Notes: generated by a model from the letters alone, not told the origin. 64,000 nucleotides of DNA from Octopus sinensis (GCF_006345805.1 NW_021833655.1:1-64000), one strand, 5' to 3'; counted from the first letter of the stretch, positions 1 to 14,935 are shown. A program made the numbers and translations.

Positions 1-75
1 CTTTCTGTATGTTGTTATTTTTACGACCCCACCTACACCTACACATATCTATCTTTCTACCCTCTCTCTCTCTCT

Positions 76-168
<93 letters not shown>

Positions 169-1840
169 TACCATATACCATATATTTGGAAAAAATTTGA
201 TTTATGCTATAGTTATTGAGATATTTTTAGATATTTTAAATATATCACATTCAGAGATAATTTTTATGCCACCACATTTATATAAATATAATTTTCATTT
301 TTTATTCTGTATCCTAATATATTATTGTTATATGTTCACTCTTTCACTCTGGCATGCAGCAGACTTTTATGGCTGGGTGCCTTTCTTATCATCAACTCTT
401 TTAGTTGGTTCTTATGACAAATGTGTGTGTGGTGTACCTGTTTTTAAGTCAGAGTACACAGGTAGAGATCGTGTATTATAAAAGTCAGTGGTGTGAAAAA
501 GTAGGGAAATACACAATAAATTGTCCCAAAAATATATAAACCCCAAAAATGGGTTTATATGGTAAAGTCCAAATGGGCTATATATATGTGGGATTGTTTG
601 GCAGTGCATAAGGAACTTAGAAGTATGCCTGCAAAAACCTAGCAACTCCGTCTTGTGGTTTGGTGCATGTTTATCCTGGAAAAGAGTGAAATATTTTCTG
701 CTCAAACATAATGGATGTCTAACTGAATCCTGGTATGATCCATGCCTGTATGGGCTGGTCTTCTTCAATATGGACCAATATATTTTAAATGGGGCAGAAA
801 AATTTTATTTAAATTGTCGTCACCTTTTTTTCATTTTATTTCCAATACCATAATATCATTATTATATGTTTATGTTTCCGAAATGGTGTGATGCTGTGTT
901 TAACAGGTAGATGTCATTCTTGTCATCAATCCTTCAACTTGCTTCTTAAGACAGGTGTGGGGTATGTATTTTAATGTTGGTGTATGTAAGGAAATTCAGT
1001 TTCAGTCCCATTGCACAGCACCTTGGGCAAGTGTCTTCTACTACCACTCTCAGGCTGACCAATGCCTTGTGAGGGACTCTCCCACCATGACACTCACAAA
1101 AATAGTGGGTGGAAAAGACAGTAGGATGAATAAAAAGGTAAAGGTAAAGTTACCTTATCAACTTGTAAGGTCCAACCCATAAGGGCCAGTTTCCTGGTTT
1201 CATGGCATATATATCCCCCACCTGGACAGGACACCAGTCCATCACACAGCATTACTCACTATTAACAGCTGAGTGGACTGGAGCAATGTGAAATGAAGTA
1301 TCTTGCTCAAGAACACAATGTGTTGCCCGGTCCAGGAATTGAAACCACAATCTTACGATCATGAGCCCAGCTCTCTAGCCACTAAGCAACATGCCTGCAC
1401 TGGGAGGACGGGTACTTAGTAATAGATATCTTTCTTTTGAAAATTGGTACTCACTCCATTTATAACCACACACCACCATCATGTATGTGTGCATGCATGC
1501 ATATGTGTGTGAGCACTCAAAAATATCATTCAGCCATGGGTATGGATGGTGGTGTGATCATTTGCGGTTGGGCTGCAACCAGTAAAATTTGATGACATTT
1601 CCTGTCAAGAAATCATCCGCTGGCTCTGTGCTTTTAAATTCCTCTGGAATTAAAAATTCCTGACTTGAAAAATAGGTAAGGAAGTGCATCTGGCCGTAAA
1701 GTTCCTGCCTCAAATTTATTTTCATCGAAGTTATACTGGTATGGAAAAACAAATGTTAAATGAAAAGAAAGGACAAACATTCTATGTATGTATGTACGTA
1801 CGTACGTATGTATGTACGTATGTATGTATGTATGTGTATT

Positions 1841-1871
<31 letters not shown>

Positions 1872-2057
1872 GCAGCATTATTAATAAAACATATAACTCT
1901 ATCTCTGGTATTCGAGTACCATTTTTTCCTACCTTGTTTCACAGTTATGTGCTTACTCTGATATATATATATATTAACACACACACACATATATACATAC
2001 ATATATATATATATATGTATATATATATGTATGTATATATGTATGTATATATATATA

Positions 2058-2114
<57 letters not shown>

Positions 2115-3133
2115 TATGATATATACTATATTATATTATATTATATTATATGTATTTATATTATATATATTATATTATGTTATATTGTATGGTCAGTGGG
2201 TTCAGCACTAAGTTAAGCTAACGTGACAGGCTTGGGTAAGAATTTGTCTGTTTGGCACTTCGGCACCACATAATTGACAATTCAATTCTTGGAAGTCTGC
2301 CACATAAAGACAGTATGGTGGTGATGGCAGTGGTGGTGATGGTGGTAATATTTCTAGTGTGTGCATGTATGTGTGTGTTTTTGTGTGTATGTGTGTGCAA
2401 TCATTACAAGAAGGATTTTTCTTTAAGTTCCCCGAAGATGCAATATCAATCATTAGAATTTGTACTGATTGTTCTTCTTGTTGCTAATGGTGTTTAGCCC
2501 CAGGTCAGCTTTGATGACACAGACTTATGACTAAAAGGTGTTCCAGCCGTGATCATCATGTTTTATTTTTTTCCATCAATAGCAGGCCTGGGACTATAAT
2601 TATTCTAAATATTTCCTTCCATTTTTTTTAATATATTATTTACAGTTGTATAGTTCTGGTTTGAAGAAGATTATTTCTTGTTCTGATCCTTATTGCTTTT
2701 GTTCCATATTCCACCCATGACCACCCCACCGTTTTGATGATCTTGGACAGCATTTGTCCAAGCATTCTCATCATTGTTGTCGTCAACATCATCATCATGG
2801 TCATCATCACTGTTGTTATTGTCCTTGTCATCATAGTCATCATCATCATCGTTGTTATCATCATCATCATCATCATCATCACCCTATCATCCTCCTCCTG
2901 CTCCTCTTCCTAATCCTCCTCCTCCTCATTCTCATCATCATTAAGAATGTTATATTGTAGAAAATTTGAGGAAATGCTTTTATTCTATCTGAAGTTCAAT
3001 ATTTTATGTTATCCTAAACAACATCTTTTAAAGTACAAGTTAAATTTATTTAGGCCCATTACAAATAGTTTAATTCTTGTTCAACATCTTAACCGAAGTA
3101 AATTGATATCTCATCTACATACTTTGATCTTAC

Positions 3134-3201
3134 CATGGGGCCCCTTAACCGTGGAGGCTTCCTGTAACCACAGGGGTAGCAGGGGCCTAGAGACAGCCCT
3201 G
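3134..3201. mobile_element. GC-rich hAT-like MITE terminus
   Basis: ggggcccc...ctagagacagccctg end motif; other end not found. Confidence 0.35.
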
Positions 3202-3468
3202 GGTCATCCTGTATCAGAAGGACTACATCTGTATCGTCTGTCCCCTTTTTTTTTCTCTTTTACTAACCTTTGTATACCATGTATATTTCACTTACCTTTT
3301 CACTGTACACTGTGTATACATACCACCCACCTTTTTTATTTTATTTTATTCCTTTTATCATTTCATTACATGTAAACCCCTACATTTTATGTCTGTTTTG
3401 CATTGTTCCCTGTCATCCTATGCTCTTGTAGCAAATAAATGAAATCACTATTATTATTATTATTATAA
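3202..3468 (+). mobile_element. Probable LINE 3' UTR remnant
   Basis: T-rich tract ending in aataaa then an (ATT)n tail; no coding sequence retained. Confidence 0.3.
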
Positions 3469-3861
3469 GGTAGTGAGCTGGCAGAATCGTTAGCATGCTG
3501 AACAAAATGCTTAGTGGTATTTCGCCCACTACTACATTCTGAGTGCAAATTCCGCTGAGGACAACTTTGCCATTCATCCTTTCGAAGTCAATAAATTAAG
3601 TACCAGTTGCATACTGGGGTCAATTTAATTGACTGGCCCCCTCCCCCAAAATTTTGTGCCTTGTGCCTAGAGTAGAAAAGAATTATGGTTTCAAATTTTG
3701 GCACAAGGCCAGGAAATTTGGGGGTTTAAATTGATTACATTGACCCTGAAGGGATAAAAGGCAAAGTCAACTTTGGTAGAATTTGAACTCAGAACATACA
3801 GATGGAGGAAATGCTGCTAAGCACTTTGCCTGGTGTGCTAACAGCTCTGCCAGCTTACCGC
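3469..3861. mobile_element. Tail-to-tail pair of SINE family B
   Basis: Plus copy 3469-3685 and minus copy 3686-3861; A box tggcagaatcgt, B box gttcaaattcc, cctttcatcctttcggggtcgataaa central block (MetaSINE-like, from memory). Confidence 0.8.
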
Positions 3862-4715
3862 TTTGATAATAACAATAATAATAACAACAACAATATCAAT
3901 AATTATAAAGATAATGATTCTAAACAATGAAAAGATATTAGATAACAAAATAATCAAAAAATCATGTGAGATAATGAAATAACAGTAAATTAAGATAAAA
4001 AAAAACAAAGAAAACAATGTGTTAATGAGATGACACTAAAACAACACCTTGGCAAATGTCTTCTCTTGTAGCCTGAAGACATAGGGGAGAATTTTGGTTG
4101 TTGGAATCTGCAAAAAGATTCCCTTGTATATTTGTGTGTGTGTGTCCATGCATGCATGCGTGTGTGTGTGTTCTCTTCTCTTTTTAATCATTTAAATTCT
4201 TCCTCTGAAGAAGGAATTGGTTTCTAACAATGATACAAAGTTCCATTGATGGAATGTAGATAAAAAGAATCACGTTTTAAATTTGAGAAAAGTCTTGCAC
4301 ATTTTTACTGTTCCACTTTCAGATTGTATTTATAATGTGTGAGTTAGTCGGGTGATTTCCTTTTCTGAAAACCCTAGCTTATCCAGATTGCCATTTAGAC
4401 ATTTACGAGCAAAAACCAAGATCACCAATTATTATTGGTACAAATCTGAATTTATTATCTGGTTGTAGAAACTGGGGGTTTTGAAGCAGTTGTCCATAGT
4501 TATCCTATTTTTCTTTGATTTTCAATGAGATATTCACATCAGCTGAACAGCTGACTACTATAATGGGGCATACTTTTCGTTGTCTGTCCAAAATGACAAT
4601 ATGTAGCCTGATGTATATCTGTGTGCATGTATGTGTGTACATATATACAATTATATGCATATATATATATGTGTGTGTGTGTGTGTGTATACATACATAT
4701 AAACACATACATACA

Positions 4716-4750
<35 letters not shown>

Positions 4751-5035
4751 CTGATTGGCTCCTATGCCAGTGCCACAAAAAAAGCACTATCCAAAGGTGA
4801 TCAATGCCAGGCCTGCCTGACTGGTTCCTGTGCTGGTGGCACATAAATGGGACCCACTGCACTCTTGGAGTGGATGGCATTAGGAAGGGCATCCAGCAGT
4901 AGAAACATTGCCAGATCAGATTGGAGCCTGGTGAAGCCACTGGCTTTCCAGAGCTCAGTCAAACTGACCATCCCATGCCAGCATGGAAAACGAACGTTAA
5001 ACAAGGACGATAATGATGATGATGATGATGATGAT

Positions 5036-5066
<31 letters not shown>

Positions 5067-5211
5067 TAAAAAATTGCACAGAAGAATCATATAGGAACAA
5101 TTTCATGCCATTATAAATGTCTGTTTCTCTCTCTTTCTCTCCCAATATATATATATATGCATGCATATATATGTATATATACATGCATATATATGCATGT
5201 ATAAATGCATA

Positions 5212-5243
<32 letters not shown>

Positions 5244-5251
5244 CATGCATA

Positions 5252-5294
<43 letters not shown>

Positions 5295-6371
5295 ACATAT
5301 ATCAAAACGAATTATTAAATAGCAAAATAATATAGATTACCACACTATAAAACAAAAACAAAAGAAAACAACATACATAAACAAAACACAATACAAAGTC
5401 ATCTAAGAAAACCATAAAAATTAAGAATTATCTCAATTGACATCAATTTTTTTTTTTTTAGTTGGGAGGGGTTGTTATTTTTCGCTGAAATTATGGGCTG
5501 CCAATAATTATGGGATGTTAATAATAATTTCATCTCTAGATATCCCCTAAACATATACAGACTCTATGTATTCTTTATGCTACCACAGTCCTCCTCCTCC
5601 TCCTCTTCTACCTTTTACTTTCTTTTTGTCTTTTTTTGGCCTTTGGATATCATCATGGCTTTTAATCTCACCACCACAGCCGCTGCCGCGGTCATCGCCG
5701 TCGCCACCGCCTCTGCTGCATCAACTACAAAGAGTGCTGTCTTTAATCTACTCCTCCCACCACTGTTCTTCTGTTGCTCACATTGTGCTTTCTCCTCCTA
5801 CTACTGCTCACTTACTGCTGCTTACACTTTCATACTTCTTATCAATGCTCACTCTTTCTCTCTCTCTCTGCCTCTCTCCTCGTCTCTCTTTCTGTCTCTC
5901 TTTTTCTCTATCGCTGCTGCTCACATTCTGCCAATTCCTCCAATTGAAATATTGTCAATAGAAACTGTGTGGAAGCCTGTCAGGAGTGTGTGTTAATGTA
6001 TATTTGTATGTGTACATATCTATACAGACATATATATACCATCAGCAGTATCACGTACACTTGCACACACACACACACACGCACGCACGCACACATCATT
6101 ATCATCATTATCTGTCTATCTATAAATCCATCCATCCATGTAGCTATCTATCTATTTATCCATTCATCCAACCATTTACCTGTCTGTCTGTCTGTCTGAC
6201 TATCTATCTATATACATACACACATATATGTATCAGTGAGTATAGTGTGTGTGTGTGTGTGTGTTTGTGTGCGTGTGTGCACACATGTGCATGTGTGTGC
6301 ATGCATGTGCATATGTGTGTGTGTGCATGTGTATATGTGTGCGTGTGTATGTGTATGTGTATGTGTGTGCA

Positions 6372-6404
<33 letters not shown>

Positions 6405-6529
6405 GTGTGTGTGTTGAAAATAAACAGAAAAAAGGATTATAATTTCTCTGGAGAGCAGGAAATTAGGTCCCAGTGATGTATTCTGATTCATTGAGTGTCC
6501 TCTGCCCCTAAAATGTCTGCAGCTGTGTG

Positions 6530-7662
6530 GAAAATAAAGTTAAAGCATCAGGCTAAAACCTTGAGGTACTTAGTTGTGACTCTTCACATTTTGAGTTCAA
6601 ATCCTGCTGAGGTTAACTGTATCTTTTATCCTTTCAAGTACCAGTTAACTACTGGGGTCGATTCTGTCAACTAATTCTTCCCACAATATTGCAAGCCATG
6701 TATCTATAGTAGAAAGAATTATTTTTCTTGTTGTTGTTGGTGGTGGTGGTGGAGCAAAGGTGGAGTCATTAGAACATTAGGAAAAAAGAAAAAAAGAAAG
6801 TCTTTGTGTTATCCTCCCACCAACAGCTTTTTACACTCTTAAAAATCTACAGAGGTCACCTCTGCCCTTCATCTATTCAGGGTTGATAAAATAGTGCTAC
6901 AAGCGTTGCATGTTGATGGTACCAACCTGCCTTTCCTTGAAGATTAACCCTTTCGTTACTGTATTTATTTTGAGATGCTTTGTGTTTCTTTCAATCACTT
7001 TAAATATAACAAAGAATTTAGTAAAATGACTTGATTATCATTAAGTTAGTGTTAGGAACCTAAATTGTGACTAAGGTTTGGTGGAAGATTTAATTCAGGA
7101 TGTATGAAAACAAGACATTTATACTCAGAGTCAGAGCTGGTTTCAGCCGGGTTGGTAACGAAAGGGTTAAGGACCCTGTGCCTATGATAGACAAAAAATT
7201 ATTTAAAACATTATCATTTGTAAGGCAAAGGCAGTGAACTGGTAGAATTGTAAGAAATGCATCATAAAAAACGGTCAGCAGCGTTTCTTTCAGCTTTATG
7301 TCCTGAGTTCAAATGTCACCAAGTTTGATTTTACTATTTATCCTTTCGGGGCTGATAATAAAAATAAGTACCAGTTGAACACTGAGATTGATTTAATTGA
7401 CCAGTCCCCCTCCCTCACAATACCTGGCCATTTACCTGTAGTAGAAAGGATTATTTGTAAGGCAATGAGCTGGCAGAATTGTTAGAATGTCAACAAAATG
7501 CTTCACAACATTTCTTTCTGGTTTTTCTCTTCTCAGTCTGAATATTGTCAACTTTGCCTTTTGTTTTTACAAAGTTGATAAAAAAAAAGTACTCATATTG
7601 GGGTCAATGTAATCAACTTGTCCTGCCCCTAAAACTTCAGACCCGGAGCCAAAATTAGAAAG

Positions 7663-7696
<34 letters not shown>

Positions 7697-8434
7697 TATT
7701 ATTGAAACTGTGTGGGTTCAAATGCTACCAAGGTATACTTTGCCTTTCATCCTTTCAGAGTCAACAAAATAAGTACCAGTTGAGTAATGGGGTCAATGTA
7801 ACCAAATTACCACCACCCCAAAAATTTACGGCCTTGTGCAGACATGATTATTATTATTATATGTTTGACTTTTGCTTTGTATTCATACAAGTTGACTCCA
7901 AGTCTCACCCAGAGACCTCAAGAAACAACAAGTTAGAAATTCATGTTGGTGTTATGCTTAAGGTGCCATATATTTGGTTTTGTACATAGTTTTATTCTAG
8001 AGAATGTTTAAGAAGCCATAAGAAAATTGTGTTTGTTTTAAAACTTGAGATTATATAGACAGTATTTTGCATAGGATATGGGCAGTTCCCATGAGCACTA
8101 TCTTTTTAATTTCTGCTGTTTTGGGTTTCCTGGTATCTGAGCTAGATGGCAATCAGCCCCTTTTGCTATCATTCCTAGGGCACATATGACAACAGGTATT
8201 GTTTTAGTCTTCAAGTTCTACATTTTGCTAATTTCTATTTCAAGATCTTTATATTTGCTCAGTTTTATCGGCACTTCACCTGTCGCTACCTTCTGTGTTC
8301 AAATTCCACCGAGGTCATCTTTGCTTTTCATCCTTTCAGGGTCGATAAAATAAGTACCAATTGCATACTAGAATCTCTGTAATCAACTAGTCCTCTCTCC
8401 ACAAATTTGAAGCCTTGTGCCATCAGTAGAAAGG

Positions 8435-8491
<57 letters not shown>

Positions 8492-8722
8492 TGAAGTAGT
8501 AAAGCAGTGAGCTGGCAAAATTGTTAGTATGCTGGGCAGAACGCTTGTTGGAATTTCATCTGTCTTTATGCCCTGAGTTCAAATTCTGCTGAGGACCCCA
8601 TCACCTTTTCATCCTTTCAGGATTGATAAAATAAGTACTAGTTGAATACTGGGGGGTAGATGTAATCAACTTATCCCCTCTCCTGAAATTGCTGGCCTTG
8701 TGCCAAAATTTAAAACCATTAT
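6530..8722 (+). mobile_element. Cluster of about seven decayed SINE family B copies
   Basis: Repeated gagttcaaat...tcatcctttc...aagtaccagtt...gtagaaaggattatt at ~6530-6720, 6740-7200, 7230-7455, 7462-7665, 7700-7845, 8280-8435 and 8503-8722. Confidence 0.7.
6948..7166. mobile_element. piggyBac-type MITE
   Basis: Perfect 12-bp TIRs ccctttcgttac / gtaacgaaaggg with TTAA on both sides; inserted within a SINE. Confidence 0.85.
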
Positions 8723-10304
8723 TTGGTGTAGTAGTAGTAGTAAGCAGCAGCAGCAGCAGCAGCAGCAGCGTAGTAGTAGTAGTAGTAGTAGTAGTAGTCA
8801 TTAGATGTAGATGACACTAGTGCAACATATGAGACTGGTGATCGAACGAAACGATTGAAATGAAACTCCAGCAATTTGTCTGCGAGGCACTATTTTTTTC
8901 TTTTTTTTTTTTGTCTTCTTTTTTTTCGTTTCCAGATCTGAGATCGAAGGGCATAGAGGAAAGCAGGAGATAAAGGAGAGCTTGATAAAGAATAGAGAGA
9001 GAGAGAGAAGGAGAGAGAAAGAGGAGAAAGGAGGGGAGGATGAAAGAGAGGGAGAGAGAGAATGAGGAGGAGGAGGAGGAGGAGGAGCAGAGAGGGTAGA
9101 ATAGAGATAGGAGAGTAGATCAGAGATAGTGGTCTTTTTGCAGATCTTAATTCTTTAAGTGCTTTCAGATTATTTTGTCTTTGATGTTTTAAGAAGCCAA
9201 GATTATTGTTGTTATTATTATTGCTGTTATTATTATCATCATCATTATTATCATTATTGTTGTTGTTGTTGTCGTTATTATTATTACTATTATTATTATT
9301 ATTATTTATTATTATTATTATTGTGTTCTTTTTTACTTGAAAGAATGGAAAAATTTATTTTGCGAAATCAAAACAATAGAATACACACGTACATACAAAA
9401 CAGCATGTGCACACACATATACATACACATACAGGTATGCACACACACACACACACAGCACGCAGACACACAGACACACAGACACACGCACCAAAACATA
9501 TGCATGTGCACATACATAATACACATACAGATACACACAAGCATGTGCACATATGCATACACATATACTCACAGGTACATACGTGCTCATGCACACATGC
9601 TGAAACACACATGCATATATATATATACATGCACACACACACACAAATATATGCCCCTCCCTCTCCCACCCCCACAAAAAAACAACACAACGAAACAAGA
9701 AAGCGAAAAATCAAAAAAGAAAAGAAAAGAAAAGAAAAGAAAGAAAATCTGAAAGCAAAAATAAATCAATAGAGGAAAAAAAAAATGACAACAAAGAAAA
9801 ACAAGCAAACAAATAAACAAAAGACAAACAATAAATGGTTGAAGCAATGATAAGAAGGAGAAAAGAAGAAGAAGAAGAAGAAGAAGAAGAAGAAGAAGAA
9901 GAAGAACAAGAACAAGAAGAAGAAGAAGAACAACAACAACAGCAATAACAACAATGACATTTGTTAAGGAAATTTTGTGCACTTTTATGTTGTTCAGATG
10001 CCAGGAAGAGATATTGAACTCTGTTCCTTGATTATGGAAACAATCCCTTGGTCTTTGTGGAAAAAGATTTATGTTGTAGAATTTACGGGTGCAGGCATGG
10101 CCATAGGTGCAGGTGTGGGTGTGTTCTGAGACGTTTGCTTCCCAACCGCATGGTTCTGGATTCCGTCCAAACTGCATGTTGGCATCTTGGACAAGCAAGT
10201 GTCTTCTGCTATAGTGTTGGGTTGAGCCAAGCCTTCAGAGTAGATTTGGTTGGCAGAAACTGAAACAAGTCCACCATATAAATGTATATCAATATCTATA
10301 TCTA

Positions 10305-10347
<43 letters not shown>

Positions 10348-10394
10348 ATATTATATTATATATATATAATATATATATATACATGTTTGTGTGT

Positions 10395-10640
10395 GTGTGT
10401 TTGCTAATCCCACCAAATTCTGTAAAGAAATGATTATCTCCCTTGTGTTGACTGTCTGCTAGAAAACAGTGTGCATATGTGTGTGTGTGTGTAGATCTGT
10501 ATAAACTAGCAAAATTTACTTCTGCCTGTCTATCCATCTATCTAATTCTCAGTGTGTGTGTGATTGTGTGTTTGCTAATCCCACCAAATACTATGAAGAA
10601 ATGATTATCTCCCCTGCATTGACTGTCTGCTCGAAGACAC
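10395..10640 (+). repeat. ~75-bp direct repeat, 171-bp period
   Basis: ttgctaatcccaccaaa...gaaatgattatctccc...ttgactgtctgct at 10401 and 10572. Confidence 0.85.
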
Positions 10641-10943
10641 CCCTGTTATTACCTTTGGTTTTGCTGAAATATTCTCTATTATTTGTTTCTTATTTGGGTA
10701 CAAGGCCAAGGCCAAGGCCAAGGAATGGATTAATGACACCCTCCACCTCTGAACTTGCTTCATACTTTATTTAAAAACTCTTGAAGGGTGAGAGGTAAAG
10801 TTTCACTTAGCAAGATATGAACCCAGAACATAAGGAGCCAAAAGAAGTACTGCAAGGCATTTTTTTCTCATGACTTAAGGATTCTGCCAATCTGCTATCC
10901 TTGGAAATTCTGAATGATGCTGCTGCTACTAATGATGATGATG

Positions 10944-10982
<39 letters not shown>

Positions 10983-10985
<3 letters not shown>

Positions 10986-11394
10986 CACAGGAGTGGCTGT
11001 ATGGTAAGTGGATTGCCTACCAACCACATGATTCCGGGTTCAGTCCCATTGTGTGGCACCTTGGGCAAGTGTCTTCTACTATAGCCTCAGGCCAACCAAA
11101 GCCTTGTGAGTGGATTTGTTAGATGGAAACCGAAAGAAGCCTGTCATATATATGTATATATATTTATATGTATGTGTGTGTATGTTTGTGTGTCTGTGTT
11201 AGTCTCCCCAACATCGCTTGACAACCAATGCTGGTACCTTTACATCCCTGTAACTTAACAGTTTGGCAAAAGAGACTGATAGAATAAGGACTAGGCTTAC
11301 AAAGAATAAGTCCTGGGGTCGATTTGCACGACTTAAGGCAGTGCTCCAGCATGGCCATCGCCACAGTCAAATTACTGAAACAAGTAAAAGAGTA
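10983..11394 (+). mobile_element. Full-length tRNA-derived SINE (family A)
   Basis: A/B boxes, ccttgggcaagtgtcttct core, internal TA/TG tract, ggggtcgat block, 3' actgaaacaagtaaaagag. Confidence 0.85.
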
Positions 11395-11406
11395 ATGTAT
11401 ATATAT

Positions 11407-11688
11407 GGCATTCTGTTTGGTTCCAGTTGACTTGATCAAAGGAAAAGCCTGCTCGGAAATTAACATACAAGTGGCTGAGAGCTTCTAAGACACGTGTACC
11501 CATAACGTAATCCCCTGGAAGATTCAGCGTGACACAGCATATGACATGGCTGGCTCTTTTGAAATGCAGGTACAACCACTCATTTTAACAAGATAAGTGA
11601 ACTGGAGCAACATGAAATAAAGTGTCTTGCTTAAGAACATAGCATGAATCAAACTCATGGTACCCTAACCACCAAGCCATGTGCCTTC
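11407..11688 (-). mobile_element. SINE sharing its 3' half with family E and its head with family D
   Basis: Reverse complement matches 24215-24350 at one end and the gaactggagcaacatgaaataaagtgtcttgc block at the other. Confidence 0.6.
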
Positions 11689-12343
11689 TCATATATATAT
11701 GTGTGTGTGTGTATGCATGTGTGTAATATATATATAAACAGACACACGCACACACACACACACACACACACATGTATATATACACATAAACATACATACA
11801 TGCATACATATATATATGCACATATATATATATATAAATAAGGATTCAGGTTTACAATTTTATATACACACACACACACATATATATATGTGTGTGTATA
11901 TATATATATGTATATGTATATACATGCATACATACATACATACATGCATACATATATATACACACACATATAAATTCGGATTTACTATTTTACGTACACA
12001 CACACACACACATGCATACATATTGCCATGCATAACTTAGACCTATAACATACATCAGAAAATCAAATTACATAGCAACAGTGCAAACTGGGAGATCTTC
12101 ATCCCTGCTGTCTTATTCGGGCGGAAGAACGCAGGGTTTAGGAATGGTGATTGGGGGGGGGGGGTGTTTGATTGGCAATGTGTGATGATTGTGGGAGGGT
12201 AGAGGACGGGGGTGGAAGAGCTGTTGTTTCTGTCTCTTCCTCAGGCTGGCAAACAAAACAAACACACACCGAAGCATACACAATAAACAACACAGAATTA
12301 AATAATAAATGAATGTGTATATATACATATGCATATATGTATG

Positions 12344-12390
<47 letters not shown>

Positions 12391-12408
12391 CATACATATA
12401 TGCATATG

Positions 12409-12439
<31 letters not shown>

Positions 12440-14010
12440 CATATATGTATATATATGTATATATATATATTTATATTTTTATTTAAAAAAATTTTTTTTT
12501 ATCTCATACTAATTACCAGAGGCAATTAAGTTATGTGCATTACTAATCAAAGACTGAAAGAAAAGAAAATTAATAAATATAGAAAAAACTAAAAACAATA
12601 AAACAACAACAACAACAACAACACCTGCAGCAACAACAACAGGAAGGACAACAACAATAACAGCAAAAATGTCAACATCAACAACAACAATTGCAATAGC
12701 ATTAACAACAGCAAAAACAGCAGTAGCAGCATTATAAGTGATAGTAAGAACAACAACAACAGCAGCAGCTGCAACAGCATCAGCATCACTACCATCAACA
12801 ACAACAACAGCAATAACAACAACGACAATGACAATATTAACCACAACATCAGCAGTAACATCAACATCACCACCACCAACAACAACAACATGACAACAAC
12901 AAAAGTAACAACAATAACAATATTAACAACAACAACAACAACAACACAACAACAGCAACTACAATAACAGTATTAACAACAACAACAATAACAATATTAA
13001 CAACAACAACAACAATAACAATATTAACAACAACAACAACAATAACAATATTAACAACAACAACAACATCAATATCACCACTGCCATCACCACCACCACC
13101 ACCAACAACAACAGCAGTAGCAACATTATAAACAAGGATAGTAACAACAACAACAACAACAACAGCATCATCAAAATCACCACCACTACCACCATCACCA
13201 CCACCAACAACAACAAAATCAACAACAACAGCAGCAGCAACAGCAATAACAATATTGACAACCACAACAACAATAACAGCAGCAACATCAACATCCCCAC
13301 CCCTACCACCACCACCACCACCACCACCAACCACAAAACACAACAACAACAGCAACATTAAGAATGACAACAACAATAAGAAAAAAGAATTGGTTAAATG
13401 AAATAAAATGTGCACCAAACGGCAAACTGCAAACACCTGCTCACAGCATCTGTTGAAGATTTTTCTCTTCTGGTAAACATGTCTGATTTTTGGAAAAATA
13501 GTCCTCACTGAATAATAATGATATTATTGTTGTTGTTGTCGTTATTATTGTTGTTGTTGTCATTCCTTTAGCAGCAAACCTTTCGTTAAAGAAGAAAAAT
13601 AAAAAAAAACGGTAGGAGGGAAGCAAGGAAAAAAAAAAAACTAGCAAAAAAAAAACTATGGAAAAATCTGGAAAAAAATACTGGAAATGGGAAATGGAGA
13701 GAAAGAGAAAAAGAGAGAGAGAGAGAGAGAGAGTGGGTGGGAGAGAGAGAGAGAGAGTGTGTGTTGTGTGGTGGAGAGGGATGGTGAGGTGAGGAGAACA
13801 TGGTAGAGAAGGAAAAAAAACAGAGCAATAACAGGAAAAAGGAAACAAAATCGAAAGAAAACAAAACAAAACGTAACAAAAATAAGTAAATCTAATCATT
13901 TGAAATTCCCCTCCACCCCACCCTTCCCTCCTTCCGTTCCTACCACCTCTTTCCTCACTCCCTTTGGAATATCCTTGTTATCATCATCATCATCATCATC
14001 ATCAATATCA

Positions 14011-14046
<36 letters not shown>

Positions 14047-14585
14047 CTACTACTATTGTTATTTTTATTTTTCCTTCAGATTTAAATTGTTGTTATTATT
14101 GTTGTTGTTGTTGTTGTTGTTATAAAGTTGCTGCTGTTGCAGTTGTTGTCATTCTTGATAATTTTGATTTTAGTGAAATAGCTGCTGCTGCTGCAGTTGT
14201 TGTTGCTGCTGCAGTTGGTTTTGTTATTGTCATTATTTCTGATATAAAGCATTATTGTTGCTGTTCCCATTGTTATTATTGTTGTTGTTGGTGTCCTAGC
14301 AGTTATTCCTGTTTTCACAGTTGTTGTTGTTGTTGTTGTTGATGATAATGCTCTGGTCAGCCTCGTTGCTGTTGTGATGAAGATTGTATTAAATTTTCTC
14401 TCTAGTTGTTATTATTGTTATTACAATATCTATTGTGCGTTTTTGCTATCTTACTGGTGTTGTTGTCTTCATTGTAATTCTTTAGCTCTTGGTCAACTAC
14501 ATTCTGGTAGACCTAGCATCAATGGTATGCCCAGCAATGATCTTCTTCTCCCATCCGGAACTACATATATGTATATATATATATA

Positions 14586-14850
14586 ACCCTTTCCTTGTTT
14601 GTGAAGTATATTTGTCACTTAAATGTGGCTAACCACTAAGGCTGGATGCTACTGTAGCTTGTAGCCCAAGGAAAACATCTTCCCCAGCTGGCTATTCACA
14701 CACTTTCTGCGCCTTATCAGTATTTGCAAAAGGAAGCCATCCTTCCCTTCGTCAACCTGACGTGATACGCACGGACCCGGGTTTCTGGATATTTACTCGT
14801 CATCAGCGCACGACAATCACCGGTCTTCGATGTGAAGGGGTCCCAACACA
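14586..14850 (-). mobile_element. Penelope-like element terminal-repeat remnant
   Basis: CpG-rich ~260-bp segment carrying the hammerhead motif and running into a (TA)n tract, like the other hammerhead-bearing repeats in the window. Confidence 0.5.
14768..14812 (-). ncRNA. Minimal type I hammerhead ribozyme motif (GUC site) in a Penelope-like terminal repeat
   Basis: Minus strand reads cgugcg-CUGAUGA-cgaguaaauaucca-GAAA-CCC-GGG-UC-cgugcg: canonical core, palindromic stem III (ACCCGGGU), GUC triplet, 6-bp stem I with two G-U pairs. Stem II is degenerate. Confidence 0.7.
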
Positions 14851-14935
14851 AATACATATATCCTTTTTCCAGTGACAAAAAGTCACTGATCTCTAAAAAG
14901 TGTAAACAATGATACTGTATGAATGTGATTTAAGA

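Noticed and set aside
600-853. Possible Tc1 transposase remnant (WFGACLSWK)
   Set aside because: Only a vague likeness to the VMVWG motif; no TIRs or DDE residues found.
5577-5996. Ala/Thr-rich hydrophobic ORF
   Set aside because: Built from degenerate trinucleotide and CT repeats.
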